Assembly: GCA_963796275.1 (NCBI GenBank) | Contig: CAWCKY010000003.1 | Location: forward strand, 1,088,001 to 1,152,000 | Reading direction: 5' to 3' | DNA length: 64,000 nucleotides | From: an uncultured Acidobacteriota bacterium | Lineage (GTDB): Bacteria; Acidobacteriota; Blastocatellia; RBC074 | Shown here: in pieces, positions 22,805 to 34,257 of the stretch | Layout: every line of letters starts with the position of its first letter | Numbering within the stretch: position 1 is the first letter of the stretch | Notes under the pieces: generated by a model | What the model was told of the DNA's origin: nothing | What the model saw: the letters and a program-made list of their open reading frames with translations, nothing else | Databases searched by the model: none | Program-made: the position numbers and the translations under genes

Positions 22805-24274
22805 ATGAAAACAAAAAACGCAATCATACGTGCCTTCGGCGTTATGTTAGGTTCACTGATCACAACACTGTCGGTCCTCGGCCAGACGCCGACGGTTGAC
22901 GAGCGTCTGGCGAAGGCGGAAGCCGCACTGGCGAGCGCGCAGATGTCGGGTGATAATGCCTGGATGCTCGCCAGCTCGGCGTTAGTCCTGATGATGACCG
23001 GGCCGGGATTGGCTCTCTTCTATGGCGGGCTCGTGCGCAAAAAAAATGTGCTCGCCACGATGATGCAGAGCTTCATCCTTATGGCGGTTGTCACGGTACT
23101 GTGGGCATTTTATGGCTACAGCATCGCGTTCTCTGAAGGGACATCGTTTTTCGGGAATCTGAATTATCTGTTTCTGAACGGAGTAACGGGTGATCCCAAT
23201 TCGACCTATGCCGGGACCATTCCGCATCAGACATTCATGGTCTTTCAATTGATGTTCGCCATCATCACACCCGCACTGATAACCGGAGCGTTCGCCGAGA
23301 GGATGAAGTTCAGCGCGATGCTGGCTTTTACGGTGCTCTGGTCGACCATCGTTTACTTTCCGCTGGCTCATATGGTCTGGGGATCCGGCGGACTGCTGGC
23401 CCTTCCGCTGCTCAATGGCAAGATCAATTCGCTGGATTTTGCCGGCGGCACAGTCGTTCACATCTCTTCCGGATTTTCGGCTCTCGTCTGTGCGATCTAT
23501 CTGGGGAAGCGCATCGGATATCCGCGGACGCCTATCGCACCGCACAACCTGGTCATCAGCGTAATCGGCGCTTGTCTGCTGTGGGTCGGCTGGTTCGGCT
23601 TCAACGCGGGCAGCGCAGTCGCCGCCGGTAAACTCGCTTCGAGCGCATTCGTCGCAACCCATTTCGGCGCGGCCGCCGCCGTGCTCGGATGGCTGATCGT
23701 CGAGTGGCTGCGCCAGGGCAAACCGACGATTCTGGGCGGCATCACGGGCGCGGTCGCGGGTTTGGTCGGTATTACTCCGGCATCAGGCTTCGTCACGCCG
23801 ATGGCGGCGCTGGCGGTCGGGTTCATCACCGGTATCGTTTGTTTCTTTTCCGTCACGGAACTCAAGAAGCGGCTCGGTTTCGACGATTCGCTCGATGCTT
23901 TCGGCGTTCACGGCGTCGGGGGGCTGACGGGGGCCATACTGACCGGGGTATTCGCGTCGAAAGTCGTCCAGGATATATATGGCGGCAACGCGGTAGGCTT
24001 GCTCGAAGGCAATCCCGGTCAGGTCATCAATCAACTGATTGCCTCCGGCATTGCGATCGGTTTGGCAGTGGTCTCCACATTTATTATTCTCAAGGCGGTG
24101 GATCTCGTCATAGGAGTACGCGTGACGAGTGATGAAGAAGTGCAGGGACTCGATGTGACGCTACACGGAGAAGAAGGATACAACTTCGATCTGGACCTGA
24201 TCACAACGAGCCGCTTGAGCGAAGAGGTGGTCGAACCCGGCTTCGCTGCTGCACCCAATCCGGTCGGCAAATAG
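22805..24274 (+). CDS. amtB: Ammonium transporter
   Basis: GLALFYGGL, FQLMFA, DFAGGTVVH, GWFGFNAGS and DDSLDAFGVHG motifs. Confidence 0.96.
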   Translation: MKTKNAIIRAFGVMLGSLITTLSVLGQTPTVDERLAKAEAALASAQMSGDNAWMLASSALVLMMTGPGLALFYGGLVRKKNVLATMMQSFILMAVVTVLWAFYGYSIAFSEGTSFFGNLNYLFLNGVTGDPNSTYAGTIPHQTFMVFQLMFAIITPALITGAFAERMKFSAMLAFTVLWSTIVYFPLAHMVWGSGGLLALPLLNGKINSLDFAGGTVVHISSGFSALVCAIYLGKRIGYPRTPIAPHNLVISVIGACLLWVGWFGFNAGSAVAAGKLASSAFVATHFGAAAAVLGWLIVEWLRQGKPTILGGITGAVAGLVGITPASGFVTPMAALAVGFITGIVCFFSVTELKKRLGFDDSLDAFGVHGVGGLTGAILTGVFASKVVQDIYGGNAVGLLEGNPGQVINQLIASGIAIGLAVVSTFIILKAVDLVIGVRVTSDEEVQGLDVTLHGEEGYNFDLDLITTSRLSEEVVEPGFAAAPNPVGK

Positions 24275-24652
<378 letters not shown>

Positions 24653-24675
24653 CATTACGATGACGGGATGCCGCT

Positions 24676-24733
24676 TGCGGAATGCGGGTCGATAAGAAAC
24701 ATCCACTGAATCCGCATTTCGAAATCCGCATCC
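24676..24733. repeat. Short inverted heptamer array (TGCGGAA ... AATCCGC)
   Basis: ttgcggaatgcggg ... aatccgcatttcgaaatccgcat just after the glnK stop. Confidence 0.55.
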
Positions 24734-24939
24734 CCGACATAAGAACAGGAGCCGCGGCTTATATCAAAATGATGCTGCAACATCATCGAGCCACAGCTCC
24801 TGATCCGAACCACGCAGACGACTAGGAAAATCTCGGCGTGGCCACGAGGGGAGTTTAGAACGCGTAAATGCACACTTGCAAGCGTTCGCTCTATGTCTCC
24901 TGGCCCGCAGGGTTAATTAGATAAAGGAGGCATAGAGTC

Positions 24940-26400
24940 ATGCTGTTTCAAATTTCAACTAACACCGGTCTGTTCGGGAGATCCTTACCGGCAATTTTGG
25001 TTACCCTCATATTATTTATCTCTCTGAGCGGTGTTGCTATCGCACGGATGCCGAACTACGAAATTGCTTTCGATACAGAGAAGGAGACTAAAAAGAAAGA
25101 GCCGACGGAGAAGAAAGCCGACGCCCGGACCGGCACGGCGGAGACGGCGAAGCTGATCGAAGCCCTTGAAGAGCGCATCAGAACGCTCGAAGAGAAACTC
25201 GCCAGGCTCAACGGAGAAGCCCCGGCGCTCACTGCGAAAACAGAAAATGAAATAAAGAGTGGCGAAGTAAAGGGCGATGCGATCGATGAGATCAGGAAAG
25301 AAGTCCAGGATATGAAGGACGAATCCAAGAAGAACGAATCGTTCAACAACTTCTTCCGCAGCGTCGAGGTCAGCGGCGTCGTCGACGGCTATTACGGCTT
25401 CAATAATAACGAGGTCGATATGTTCACCCAGGGGCGGGCCTTCGACGTGCGCCACAACGCCTTCAGCCTGCAGCTGGCCAAGCTGACGCTGGAGCGCAAG
25501 AATTCCAAGGAGAGCCCGCTCGGTTTCCGGGCCGACCTCGGTCTGGGCGATACGGTCGACCGCGTAATCTCGGTCAGCGACTCGAGCCGCAACGACGCGA
25601 CCAAACACGTCCTGCAAGCCTATGCCAGTTACGTGGCGCCGCTGGGCAGCGGATTGACCCTGGATTTCGGCAAGTTCTACACGCCGGTCGGGGCGGAAGT
25701 GGTCGAGACTAAAGACAACTTCAACTATTCGCGCGGGCTGCTCTTCCTCTATGGGCCGTTTTATCACGCGGGGCTGCGGACGAAATACACGGTCAGCGAC
25801 AAGGTCTCCCTGAGCGGGTTCCTGGTGAACGGCTGGGATAACCTGTTCGAGAACAATTTCGATCAGAGAACGACGGGCAAGACGATAGGTTTTCAGCTGG
25901 GTCTGACGCCGTCGAAGAAGTTTGCGATCACGGGGACCTATCTGGGCGGACAGGAGGCGCCGCTGGCGAACGTGCCGGATGTCTCATTGAGAGACAACTG
26001 GCGGAATATCTTCGACTCGGTGGCGACCTATTATCTGACCGACAAGGTGACGCTGCTGGGGAACTTCGTTTACGGGAATGACGGAGACAATCTGGGGAAT
26101 CGGGGATATTGGACCGGGTTCGCCGGATATTTAAAGTTCGCGTTCAATAATCGGCTGGCATTCTCACCTCGATTCGAGGTCTTCAATGACAACGATGGAT
26201 TGAGGACCGGCCGAGCGCAGACGATCAAAGACATCACGCTGACGCAGGAAGTGAAGCTGTTGAACAACTTCCTCACGCGATTCGAGTTTCGTCGCGACTT
26301 CTCGAATCAGCCCTTCTTCACGAACTTTGATGGGATATCGAAGAAGAATCAGAACACTTTCCTGGTCGGCGTTAGCTACTTCTTCACTACCAGAGAGTAG
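24940..26400 (+). CDS. Outer-membrane beta-barrel porin (BBP2/DUF1597-like) with N-terminal coiled coil
   Basis: Signal peptide; VDGYYGFN, QAYASY, DFGKFYTPVGAE, NYSRG and NGWD motifs; aromatic C-terminus; AAGGAGG RBS. Confidence 0.8.
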   Translation: MLFQISTNTGLFGRSLPAILVTLILFISLSGVAIARMPNYEIAFDTEKETKKKEPTEKKADARTGTAETAKLIEALEERIRTLEEKLARLNGEAPALTAKTENEIKSGEVKGDAIDEIRKEVQDMKDESKKNESFNNFFRSVEVSGVVDGYYGFNNNEVDMFTQGRAFDVRHNAFSLQLAKLTLERKNSKESPLGFRADLGLGDTVDRVISVSDSSRNDATKHVLQAYASYVAPLGSGLTLDFGKFYTPVGAEVVETKDNFNYSRGLLFLYGPFYHAGLRTKYTVSDKVSLSGFLVNGWDNLFENNFDQRTTGKTIGFQLGLTPSKKFAITGTYLGGQEAPLANVPDVSLRDNWRNIFDSVATYYLTDKVTLLGNFVYGNDGDNLGNRGYWTGFAGYLKFAFNNRLAFSPRFEVFNDNDGLRTGRAQTIKDITLTQEVKLLNNFLTRFEFRRDFSNQPFFTNFDGISKKNQNTFLVGVSYFFTTRE

Positions 26401-26438
26401 TACTGGATGAGGTAGCACCATATGACAACAAGATTTTT

Positions 26439-26515
<77 letters not shown>

Positions 26516-26794
26516 AGCTCCAGCCGCAGAATTATTGTAAATCAAATTTTATAATTACAAAACATTTGAAACATGATTTGCGGAGGTATTTGGCCACCCG
26601 GAGGAATGGTGGACACAAATTAAATATCCGGCCCGCCATTTTTAAATCTGAAAGTTTTTTCTTTCCTTACAGAGATTTTTCATCTTGATTATCGTATGAG
26701 TGATCGGCCTTACGCGACTAGTCAAGCTCCCTTAGTGAAGCGAAAACATGTCGCATACCTTCCGTCCACCCAAACTTTTGAAAGGAGATCACTT

Positions 26795-29599
26795 ATGTCC
26801 CTGCTACAGCTCCCCTGGCTAACTCGACGAGTGTTGACGCTTGGATTGGTGTTTACCCTCGCCGGCTTTATGTTTTTTGCGCAGGCAAATGCGCAAGAAC
26901 ATCTAATTGCAAAAACCACCCTGTTAACAGGTCAACAACCGGCTCCGCAGCCGGGCCAACCTGCTCCTTCAGGTCAGACTCCGGCCCAACCTTCTGGTCA
27001 AACTCCTGGGCAACCGGCGCAGCCAACTCCGCCCCCCGAAAAGCCATTTGCGGACGTCATAAAAGACGCCGAAATCATCAAGGGTCTATTCACCTTCTAT
27101 CGCAAGGATGACAAGGTATGGGTTGAAATCCTGCCCGAACAGTTCGATAAGATTTACCTATGTTCTCCGACGATGGAATCGGGCATCGGCGAGCGCGGTT
27201 TTTTTGCCTCGATGATGCTCAGCGAGTTCGTCTTCTCATTTCATAAGCTCGGTAAAAACGTGCAGTTCATCCAGAAGAACGTCAATTACCGTGCCGATGA
27301 TAAGACGCCCATTCGACGCGCCCTCTCGCGCTCGTTCGCCGATTCGATCATCGGTTCGGCGACTGTGGCCGGTCTGCCGCACCCGGAACGCAAGAGTTAT
27401 CTCGTCGAACTTAACGGTATCTTCCTCTCGGACATCCCGCTCATCGGCTATGCGCTCGAGGCTACTTACCGCTGGCCCTATCGCCTGGACGCGAAGAACG
27501 GCGCCTTTGGAATTGTCAAAGCCTTTCCGCAGAACGTCGAAGTTGAAGCGCTGCTGAACTTCGCCATCGATCGGCCGCCGGTGCCGCCGCTCATGCCGTC
27601 GCCTGCGCCGCTCCAGATGCCGCCTCCGCCCGTCGCGCCGCCCGATGTGCGCAGCCTGCAGTTCCACATCCGTTACAGCCTCTCGACGCTGCCGGAGACC
27701 GGCTATCACGCGCGCCTCGCAGACGATCGAATCGGTCATTTCCTGGCGATGTTTCAGGATTTCACCAGCGACAATGAATACACACCGTATGTGCGCTATG
27801 TCACGCGCTGGCATTTAGAAAAATCCGATCCGAACGCACAGCTATCGACGCCCAAACAGCCGATCGTTTTCTGGCTGGAGAACACCATCCCCGTGAAGTA
27901 TCGGAAGGCGCTCACCGACGGCGTCTTAATGTGGAATAAGGCATTCGAAAGAATCGGGTTTAAGGATGCGATCATGGTCAAACAACAGCCTGACGACGCC
28001 GATTGGGATCCCTCAGATGTACGGTATAACACCATTCGCTGGTTTGTCGCCGCCGACGCCTCATTTGCGATTGGACCGTCGCGCATCAACCCCTACACGG
28101 GCCAGATCTACGACGCGGACATCGGATTTACCGAGAGCATGACACGCTACACCCGGCAGGAGTTCGAGGAATTCGTGACGCCGCTCGCGGAGCATCAGGC
28201 GAACGGTATGGCAGAGTTGTTCAGATGGAAGCCGAATATGCGCCACCTGTGCGATCACGCTAAGGGCGCGGTCCATCAGGCGGCCTTCGGACATAACCTG
28301 CTTATGGCGCGCGGGCTGCTGGCCAATGGGACGGATATCGAGGGGTACATTAGCGAATTTCTAACATATATCGCCGCGCATGAGGTGGGCCACACCCTGG
28401 GGCTGCGCCACAATTTCCGGGCTTCGACGCTTCATCAACTCGATAAATTGCAGGATGTCGCGGCCACGACGGAGAAGGGATTGACCGGCTCTGTCATGGA
28501 CTACACTCCCGTCAACATCGCTCCGCAAGGCGCAAAACAGGGGCAATACTGGCAGACGTCGCTGGGCACCTACGACTACTGGGCGATTGAATACGCTTAC
28601 AAGCCCGTTGCCGGTAGCAAGCCGTCGGATGAACTGCCTGAGCTGCGCAAGATTGCATCGCGCGTGGCCGACCCGTCGCTCGCATATGGGACAGACGAAG
28701 ATGCTTTCGGTATCTCGCCGATCGGTCTGGATCCGCGCACCAACCAGTGGGACTTCGGCGACGATCCTTTGGGCTTCTACACCGAGCGAATTAAGTTGGC
28801 GCACGAGGTATTGAAGGGACTTGAGACGAAGGTGGCGAAGCAAGGCGAGGGGTATCAGAGGTTACGCCGCGGCTTCAACCAGGCTTTCAGCGAACTGGCG
28901 ATCGCCCTCTTGAACGCCAACAAATATGTGGGAGGCGTATACCATCACCGCGATCACGTCGGCGATCCGAACGGCCGGTTGCCCTACGAACCGGTTCCTG
29001 CTGCCAAGCAGCGGCAGGCTCTGGAATTGCTTAAGACGTCCGCGTTCGGCCCGAATTCCTTCGATCTGCCGCCGAGCCTGTTGAATAAGCTGGCGGTTGA
29101 TCGCTTCTGGGACTTCGAAGGTAGCATCTTTCGGGCGCAGCGGCTCGATTACCCGATTCACCAACAAGTCGTCGCGTTGCAACGCGTGCTGCTCGACCGG
29201 CTATTCAATCCGATCGTGCTGGCGCGCCTGCAAGATGCTGAGTTGAAGTATGAGAACCCGCGCGATGCATTCACCATGTCCGATATGTTTGAAGGTGTGC
29301 AGGACGCGGTTTGGTCGGAAGTTAAGCCGGGGGCGACGGCTCAGATCAACAGCTACCGCCGAGCGGTACAGCGCGAACATTTGAAGCGGCTCGCCCGCCT
29401 AGTGCTGCGGGTCGACAACAACACGCCGGAAGATGCCTCGACGCTCGCTCGCTATAATCTCACGCAATTGCGCGGGCGCCTTCAGCAGGTTCTCGCAAAC
29501 GGGAGGACGATGAATACGACCACTCGAGCGCACTTGATGGAATCCGCTGCGCGCATCGACGAAACTCTGAAACCGCAGCAGCAGCGTCTCGTTAATTGA
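26795..29599 (+). CDS. Secreted zinc-dependent metalloprotease (DUF5117/DUF4953, metzincin)
   Basis: HEVGHTLGLRHNF, SVMDY Met-turn, signal peptide and Pro/Gln linker; AAGGAG RBS before 26795 (longest ORF starts at 26696). Confidence 0.88.
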   Translation: MSLLQLPWLTRRVLTLGLVFTLAGFMFFAQANAQEHLIAKTTLLTGQQPAPQPGQPAPSGQTPAQPSGQTPGQPAQPTPPPEKPFADVIKDAEIIKGLFTFYRKDDKVWVEILPEQFDKIYLCSPTMESGIGERGFFASMMLSEFVFSFHKLGKNVQFIQKNVNYRADDKTPIRRALSRSFADSIIGSATVAGLPHPERKSYLVELNGIFLSDIPLIGYALEATYRWPYRLDAKNGAFGIVKAFPQNVEVEALLNFAIDRPPVPPLMPSPAPLQMPPPPVAPPDVRSLQFHIRYSLSTLPETGYHARLADDRIGHFLAMFQDFTSDNEYTPYVRYVTRWHLEKSDPNAQLSTPKQPIVFWLENTIPVKYRKALTDGVLMWNKAFERIGFKDAIMVKQQPDDADWDPSDVRYNTIRWFVAADASFAIGPSRINPYTGQIYDADIGFTESMTRYTRQEFEEFVTPLAEHQANGMAELFRWKPNMRHLCDHAKGAVHQAAFGHNLLMARGLLANGTDIEGYISEFLTYIAAHEVGHTLGLRHNFRASTLHQLDKLQDVAATTEKGLTGSVMDYTPVNIAPQGAKQGQYWQTSLGTYDYWAIEYAYKPVAGSKPSDELPELRKIASRVADPSLAYGTDEDAFGISPIGLDPRTNQWDFGDDPLGFYTERIKLAHEVLKGLETKVAKQGEGYQRLRRGFNQAFSELAIALLNANKYVGGVYHHRDHVGDPNGRLPYEPVPAAKQRQALELLKTSAFGPNSFDLPPSLLNKLAVDRFWDFEGSIFRAQRLDYPIHQQVVALQRVLLDRLFNPIVLARLQDAELKYENPRDAFTMSDMFEGVQDAVWSEVKPGATAQINSYRRAVQREHLKRLARLVLRVDNNTPEDASTLARYNLTQLRGRLQQVLANGRTMNTTTRAHLMESAARIDETLKPQQQRLVN

Positions 29600-29619
29600 G
29601 AATGCTGAAGATTCGCTGG

Positions 29620-29725
29620 AAGAAGGAATTCAGGAGACAAGAATGGAACTGTTCCCCATTCATTCTGGCTTCTGAATTCCTCTTTCCTTTTGTGCTCTAT
29701 TTGTGTTCTATGACATATCTTTGTG
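29620..29725. repeat. Degenerate inverted short-repeat arrays
   Basis: AGGAATTCAGGAG ... TTCTGGCTTCTGAATTCCT, then TTTGTG units. Confidence 0.45.
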
Positions 29726-29846
29726 TTGTAAAGGTTAATGCTCCACCTTAAATTATTCCCCTTTAACCACTGGAAAAGTCTCAGCCGACGGTGCACAATG
29801 AAACTTTCCCGTTTCTCTAATCGTTTGCGATACTGTCTCAAGGCAT

Positions 29847-32279
29847 ATGATCGGCGAAACCATCTCCCATTACCGTATTATCGAGCGTCTAGGAGCAGGC
29901 GGCATGGGCGAGGTCTACAAGGCAGAGGACCTTCGGCTGCACCGGCCGGTCGCATTGAAGATGATGTTCGTTGATGGAAGGAAGAATGATCCGAGCGATG
30001 AGGCGCGCGCTCGGTTCCTGCGGGAGGCGCGCGCCGCATCAGCTCTCAATCATCCAAACATTGCGACGGTCTATGAGATTGATGAAGTTGTCCGCAATGG
30101 TTCGCGGTACAGTTTTATCGTGATGGAGTTCATTCCCGGACTGACGCTCAAAGAAACCGGGCGCAAATTTACTCTTGCGGAAGATGTGGATATTGCCGCT
30201 CAGATAGCGGATGCGCTATCCGAAGCGCATGACCACGGCATCATCCATCGCGATATCAAGCCATCGAATATCATCGTCAACGAACAGGCCCGCGTTAAGA
30301 TTCTCGATTTCGGAGTGGCCAAGTACAATCCGCGGCCCGATGCGGAGGCTGAAACCGCCAGTCTTTATTCCACCGAACTGATCAAGACCACTCCCGGCAC
30401 GGTCGTCGGGACATTCGCTTATATGTCGCCCGAGCAGGCATTGGGCAAAGAGGTCGATGGGCGGAGCGACATCTTTTCGCTCGGCGTCCTTTTCTATGAG
30501 TTGATTGCAGGGCGAGCGCCATTCACGGGGTCGTCGGCGCTGGCGGTGGTAGACGCAATCCTGCATGCAGATCCGCTCCCGGCGGGCACTTTCAATTTCA
30601 ACATCACCGGTGATTTGGATCGGCTGCTTCAAAAGATGCTCGAGAAGGACAAATCGCGCCGTTATCAGTCGATGCGCGAAGTAGTCCGCGATCTGGACGC
30701 TGTCCGGCAGGGGATCTCGCTTAATCGCGATTCTTTCGATACGAGTACCAGTAATAAAACGATTTTATTTTCTGCCGCAAGCTTGGGTTCTAGCACGCTC
30801 AAAAACCGCCTGGGTCAAAGCATAGCCGTCACCAGTTTCAACAATGTCACGAAGAATCCGACCGATCAGTGGATCGGAACAGGTATTGCCGAGACGGTGA
30901 CGGCGGACATGAAGAAGATAGAAGGGATCACGGTGATCGGGCGCGAGCGGATATTCGAACTTCTGCGGCGTTGGAGCGTCGAACAGGACGAAGAGATTGA
31001 CGAGACGATGGCCACTAGCATCGGGCGAGAAGTCGGCGCGCGCTGGATAGTTTGCGGGGGTTACCAAAAGATCGGCGAGATGTTGCGCATAACCGCGCGC
31101 TTCGTCGAAGTCGAGACCGGAGAGGTTTTAAAGACCGTCAAGATTGACGGGCAGATGAAGGATATCTTCGATCTACAGGACAAGATCGTTTACGAACTCT
31201 CGCGCGACCTCGATTTGAGCCTGCACAGCGGCGAGCGAAAGGGAATAGAGGAGAAGGCGACCGATGTCGTCGAAGCCTATGAGGCCTTCGTCAAAGCGGA
31301 TATTGAGCTCGATAAAGGCAGCCGCGAAAGTATGGAGGAGGCCATCCGGCTTTTTGAGCGAGCGATCGAACTCGATCCGAAATACGCGCACGCCTATGCG
31401 GGATTGGGTTATGCCCTGGCACTCAAAGGTCATTTCCTGACGAAGCCGGAGTATTTCGAGCAAGGGGTTAATTATTTACAAAAAGCCATCGAGCTCAATC
31501 CGTTATTGCCTGACGGCTACAGCGGATTGGGTTTTACATTCACCGGGATGGGGAGGGATGAAGACGCGATCGGCGCATTGCGGCGCGCCTTGTCTTTCGC
31601 TCCGCACGATCCTCTCGCGCACTCCGCGCTCGGCCGCGCTTATCTGATCGGGAAAGGGATGTTTCGCGAAGCGGCGGCGGAATACAAACAAACGCTCAAA
31701 TTGAATCCGCAAGCCGGATGGGTAGCTCAACAACTGGCGCTCTGCTGCTCGTACCTCGGAGATTACGAATCCGGGTTGGAGGCCGCGCGCAAGGCCATCG
31801 AAGCACAAGAGCAATTTATATCCGGCCAGACTGGCATGCAGATCATCGGTTCGTTCGTCCGGCTTGCGCATCTCTACAATTTGCAGGGCCGTTACGACGA
31901 TGCGATTGCCGAGTGCTATCGCGAACTCGTCTTCCTGCGCCAATCGGACCATGCCCTCAAAGAACGGACGATGATCGAAGTCAATCAGAAGCTCGTCAGC
32001 GCCTATATCCGGCAGGGAAACCAGGAAGACGCGCGTAAGGTATTCGATCAACTGATCAAGGGTTTTGAATCGCGTCTCACCGCAGGTGCCGACGATCCAT
32101 TCACGCGCTATTACGTTGCCTGCGCCTGCGCGATGATGGGTGAGAAAGACCGTGCGCTGGAGCATCTTAAAATTGCGGTCGATGGCCGGCGTAATTTCAA
32201 TGTCGCGCGCGCGAAGGTCGAGATCGATTTCGAAAGCCTGCATGATGACGAAAGATTCAAGGCGCTGATCAAAAGCTAG
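29847..32279 (+). CDS. Hanks-type Ser/Thr kinase with TolB-N-like module and TPRs
   Basis: LGAGGMGEVY, VALK, HRDIKPSN, DFG and YMSPEQ motifs; TPR C-terminus. Confidence 0.92.
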   Translation: MIGETISHYRIIERLGAGGMGEVYKAEDLRLHRPVALKMMFVDGRKNDPSDEARARFLREARAASALNHPNIATVYEIDEVVRNGSRYSFIVMEFIPGLTLKETGRKFTLAEDVDIAAQIADALSEAHDHGIIHRDIKPSNIIVNEQARVKILDFGVAKYNPRPDAEAETASLYSTELIKTTPGTVVGTFAYMSPEQALGKEVDGRSDIFSLGVLFYELIAGRAPFTGSSALAVVDAILHADPLPAGTFNFNITGDLDRLLQKMLEKDKSRRYQSMREVVRDLDAVRQGISLNRDSFDTSTSNKTILFSAASLGSSTLKNRLGQSIAVTSFNNVTKNPTDQWIGTGIAETVTADMKKIEGITVIGRERIFELLRRWSVEQDEEIDETMATSIGREVGARWIVCGGYQKIGEMLRITARFVEVETGEVLKTVKIDGQMKDIFDLQDKIVYELSRDLDLSLHSGERKGIEEKATDVVEAYEAFVKADIELDKGSRESMEEAIRLFERAIELDPKYAHAYAGLGYALALKGHFLTKPEYFEQGVNYLQKAIELNPLLPDGYSGLGFTFTGMGRDEDAIGALRRALSFAPHDPLAHSALGRAYLIGKGMFREAAAEYKQTLKLNPQAGWVAQQLALCCSYLGDYESGLEAARKAIEAQEQFISGQTGMQIIGSFVRLAHLYNLQGRYDDAIAECYRELVFLRQSDHALKERTMIEVNQKLVSAYIRQGNQEDARKVFDQLIKGFESRLTAGADDPFTRYYVACACAMMGEKDRALEHLKIAVDGRRNFNVARAKVEIDFESLHDDERFKALIKS

Positions 32280-32600
32280 CAGAGAAATAAACAGGCAGAA
32301 ATGAAGCGCGGTCTGCGGCCCCTATCCGGAAATTTTGTTAGCGAAGAAGAAAGTTTGTGACTGCGCTGCGCCCCGTCCGATGATCCATTGAAAAGTAATG
32401 CAACGGCCTTTGTGTAACCTGTGCCTGCTCAAGAGCGACGCGACCACGCACATAGGATAGAGGCGCAGGTGGTACGCATATCCGCCCTTAGCTGGACGCT
32501 TATTTGCATATATTTTTCAAAACCAGAACCGGGCAGGGCAATTTCAAACGAGTAGAGTTACCACATTTTTGCTTTGGCCATTTTTTCTTCACCTCATCTT

Positions 32601-33431
32601 ATGAATTTAACGGTTCACGAGGTAGTTGCCAAAAACTACGGTGCAGATCACGCCAACCGGATCCACAGTGATGATGGCGCGGCAAGATATGGTTTCACCG
32701 GAGCGCTCGTGCCGGGCGTAGGTCTCTACGCCTATCTGACTCAACCCGTTTTGGAGACATTGGGGATGGAGTGGCTGGCGCGCGGCGCAATGAGCGCGAA
32801 GTTCATACATCCGGTCTATGACGGCGAGCGTGTTTATATTGAATGCCGGAGCGCTGGGATTGACCCGATCGAATTGCGGCTTGAACTGTTCAACCTATCA
32901 GGTGTGCTCTGTGCCGCAGGTGCGGCCGAGCTGCCATCATCGCTTCAGCGATTGGACCGGGATGATTATCCGCTTCACGCGCTGCCCGCCAACGATGAAC
33001 AGGTTCCGGCGGCAATCGACAATTTTCGCGTGGGCGATCGCCTCGGTTCTCTGGAGTTCACTTTGGATTGGGCTGGTAGGATGGCGAAGTTTCTCGATGA
33101 CGTGCTCGAATATTCGCCGGTTTATTGCGGATATGATGCGGTGTGTCACCCCGCCTTCTGGATTGCGCAAGCGAATGAGATATTGATGCGGAATATGGTG
33201 CTCGGTCCGTGGATTCATACGGCGAGCGAAGCGCAGCATTATTCGGTTGCAAGAGACGGCGAGCGCGTGTCGCTCCGCGGGAGAGTGATCGATTTACATG
33301 TAAGACGCGGTAATGAGTATATCTCGCTTGAACTGGGGTTTTTCGGCGAACAGGGTCGACAGATCGCGAAGGTCAAACATACAGCGATCATCAAATTGCG
33401 CGAGCCGGATAAAGATGAACAAACTGACTGA
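32601..33431 (+). CDS. Double hotdog-fold (MaoC-like) protein
   Basis: NRIHSDDGAARYGFTGALVPGV motif. Confidence 0.65.
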   Translation: MNLTVHEVVAKNYGADHANRIHSDDGAARYGFTGALVPGVGLYAYLTQPVLETLGMEWLARGAMSAKFIHPVYDGERVYIECRSAGIDPIELRLELFNLSGVLCAAGAAELPSSLQRLDRDDYPLHALPANDEQVPAAIDNFRVGDRLGSLEFTLDWAGRMAKFLDDVLEYSPVYCGYDAVCHPAFWIAQANEILMRNMVLGPWIHTASEAQHYSVARDGERVSLRGRVIDLHVRRGNEYISLELGFFGEQGRQIAKVKHTAIIKLREPDKDEQTD

Positions 33432-34257
33432 AAAAGAAGAGAAGGTAGGGCGGCATTACGACGATGCTGTATTCGAGTATGAATCGATGCGTTCGGAATA
33501 TTGCCCGGTGGAATTTTCTATCACCGCGAGGCAACTCAAGCGTTGGATCCCCGAACGGGCAACGGTGGCTGAAATAGGCGTCGGTGGGGCTTTCTACACG
33601 GAATTTTTGGCGAGACACGGCTGCCGGCTCCATCTGGTCGATGTCTCGGCGCGCTTGCTTGATACGGCATGGGCTAAGCTTCGCGTGGGCGGGTTTCAGG
33701 ATCGGATAATCGATATAGATCTCGCATCCGCGACGAATCTCCATTGTCTGCAGAGCGAAAAGTTCGATGCGGTGCTGATGCTTGGCCCCCTATATCACCT
33801 CTGTAGCCTCGACGAACGACGCCGTTCGGTGAGTGAAGCCGCTCGCGTGTTGAAGCCGGGTGGATTGTTATTCGCCGCCGGCATCAATCGGCTGGCCTAT
33901 CTACGCGATCTGTTTCGCGAGTCTCCCCGTGAAATTCTGGCGCGACAGGGATTTCACAACCAATTTTTGAGCGATGGCAATCTCGACCCGGAGCACGCAC
34001 CGCCCATCGGACTTGCACATCTGACGACAATTGCTGAATTCAGAGAGCTCTTCACTTATCGATTCGATGAGATCAGTTTGATGGGAGTCGAGTCATTCGC
34101 CATCATCGAGCAGAAGAGATTGCATGAATTACCGGATGAAGAGGTGAATGCCTGGACGGAGCTGATCGAGCGAACAGCTACCATGCCGGAAGCGCTCGGT
34201 GTGAGCGATCATTATCTGTTTATCGGAAGGAAAAAATCGGAGGGCGAAGAAGCATGA
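33415..34257 (+). CDS. Class I SAM-dependent methyltransferase
   Basis: EIGVGGA, FDAVLMLGPLYHL and RVLKPGG motifs. Confidence 0.85.
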   Translation: MNKLTEKEEKVGRHYDDAVFEYESMRSEYCPVEFSITARQLKRWIPERATVAEIGVGGAFYTEFLARHGCRLHLVDVSARLLDTAWAKLRVGGFQDRIIDIDLASATNLHCLQSEKFDAVLMLGPLYHLCSLDERRRSVSEAARVLKPGGLLFAAGINRLAYLRDLFRESPREILARQGFHNQFLSDGNLDPEHAPPIGLAHLTTIAEFRELFTYRFDEISLMGVESFAIIEQKRLHELPDEEVNAWTELIERTATMPEALGVSDHYLFIGRKKSEGEEA

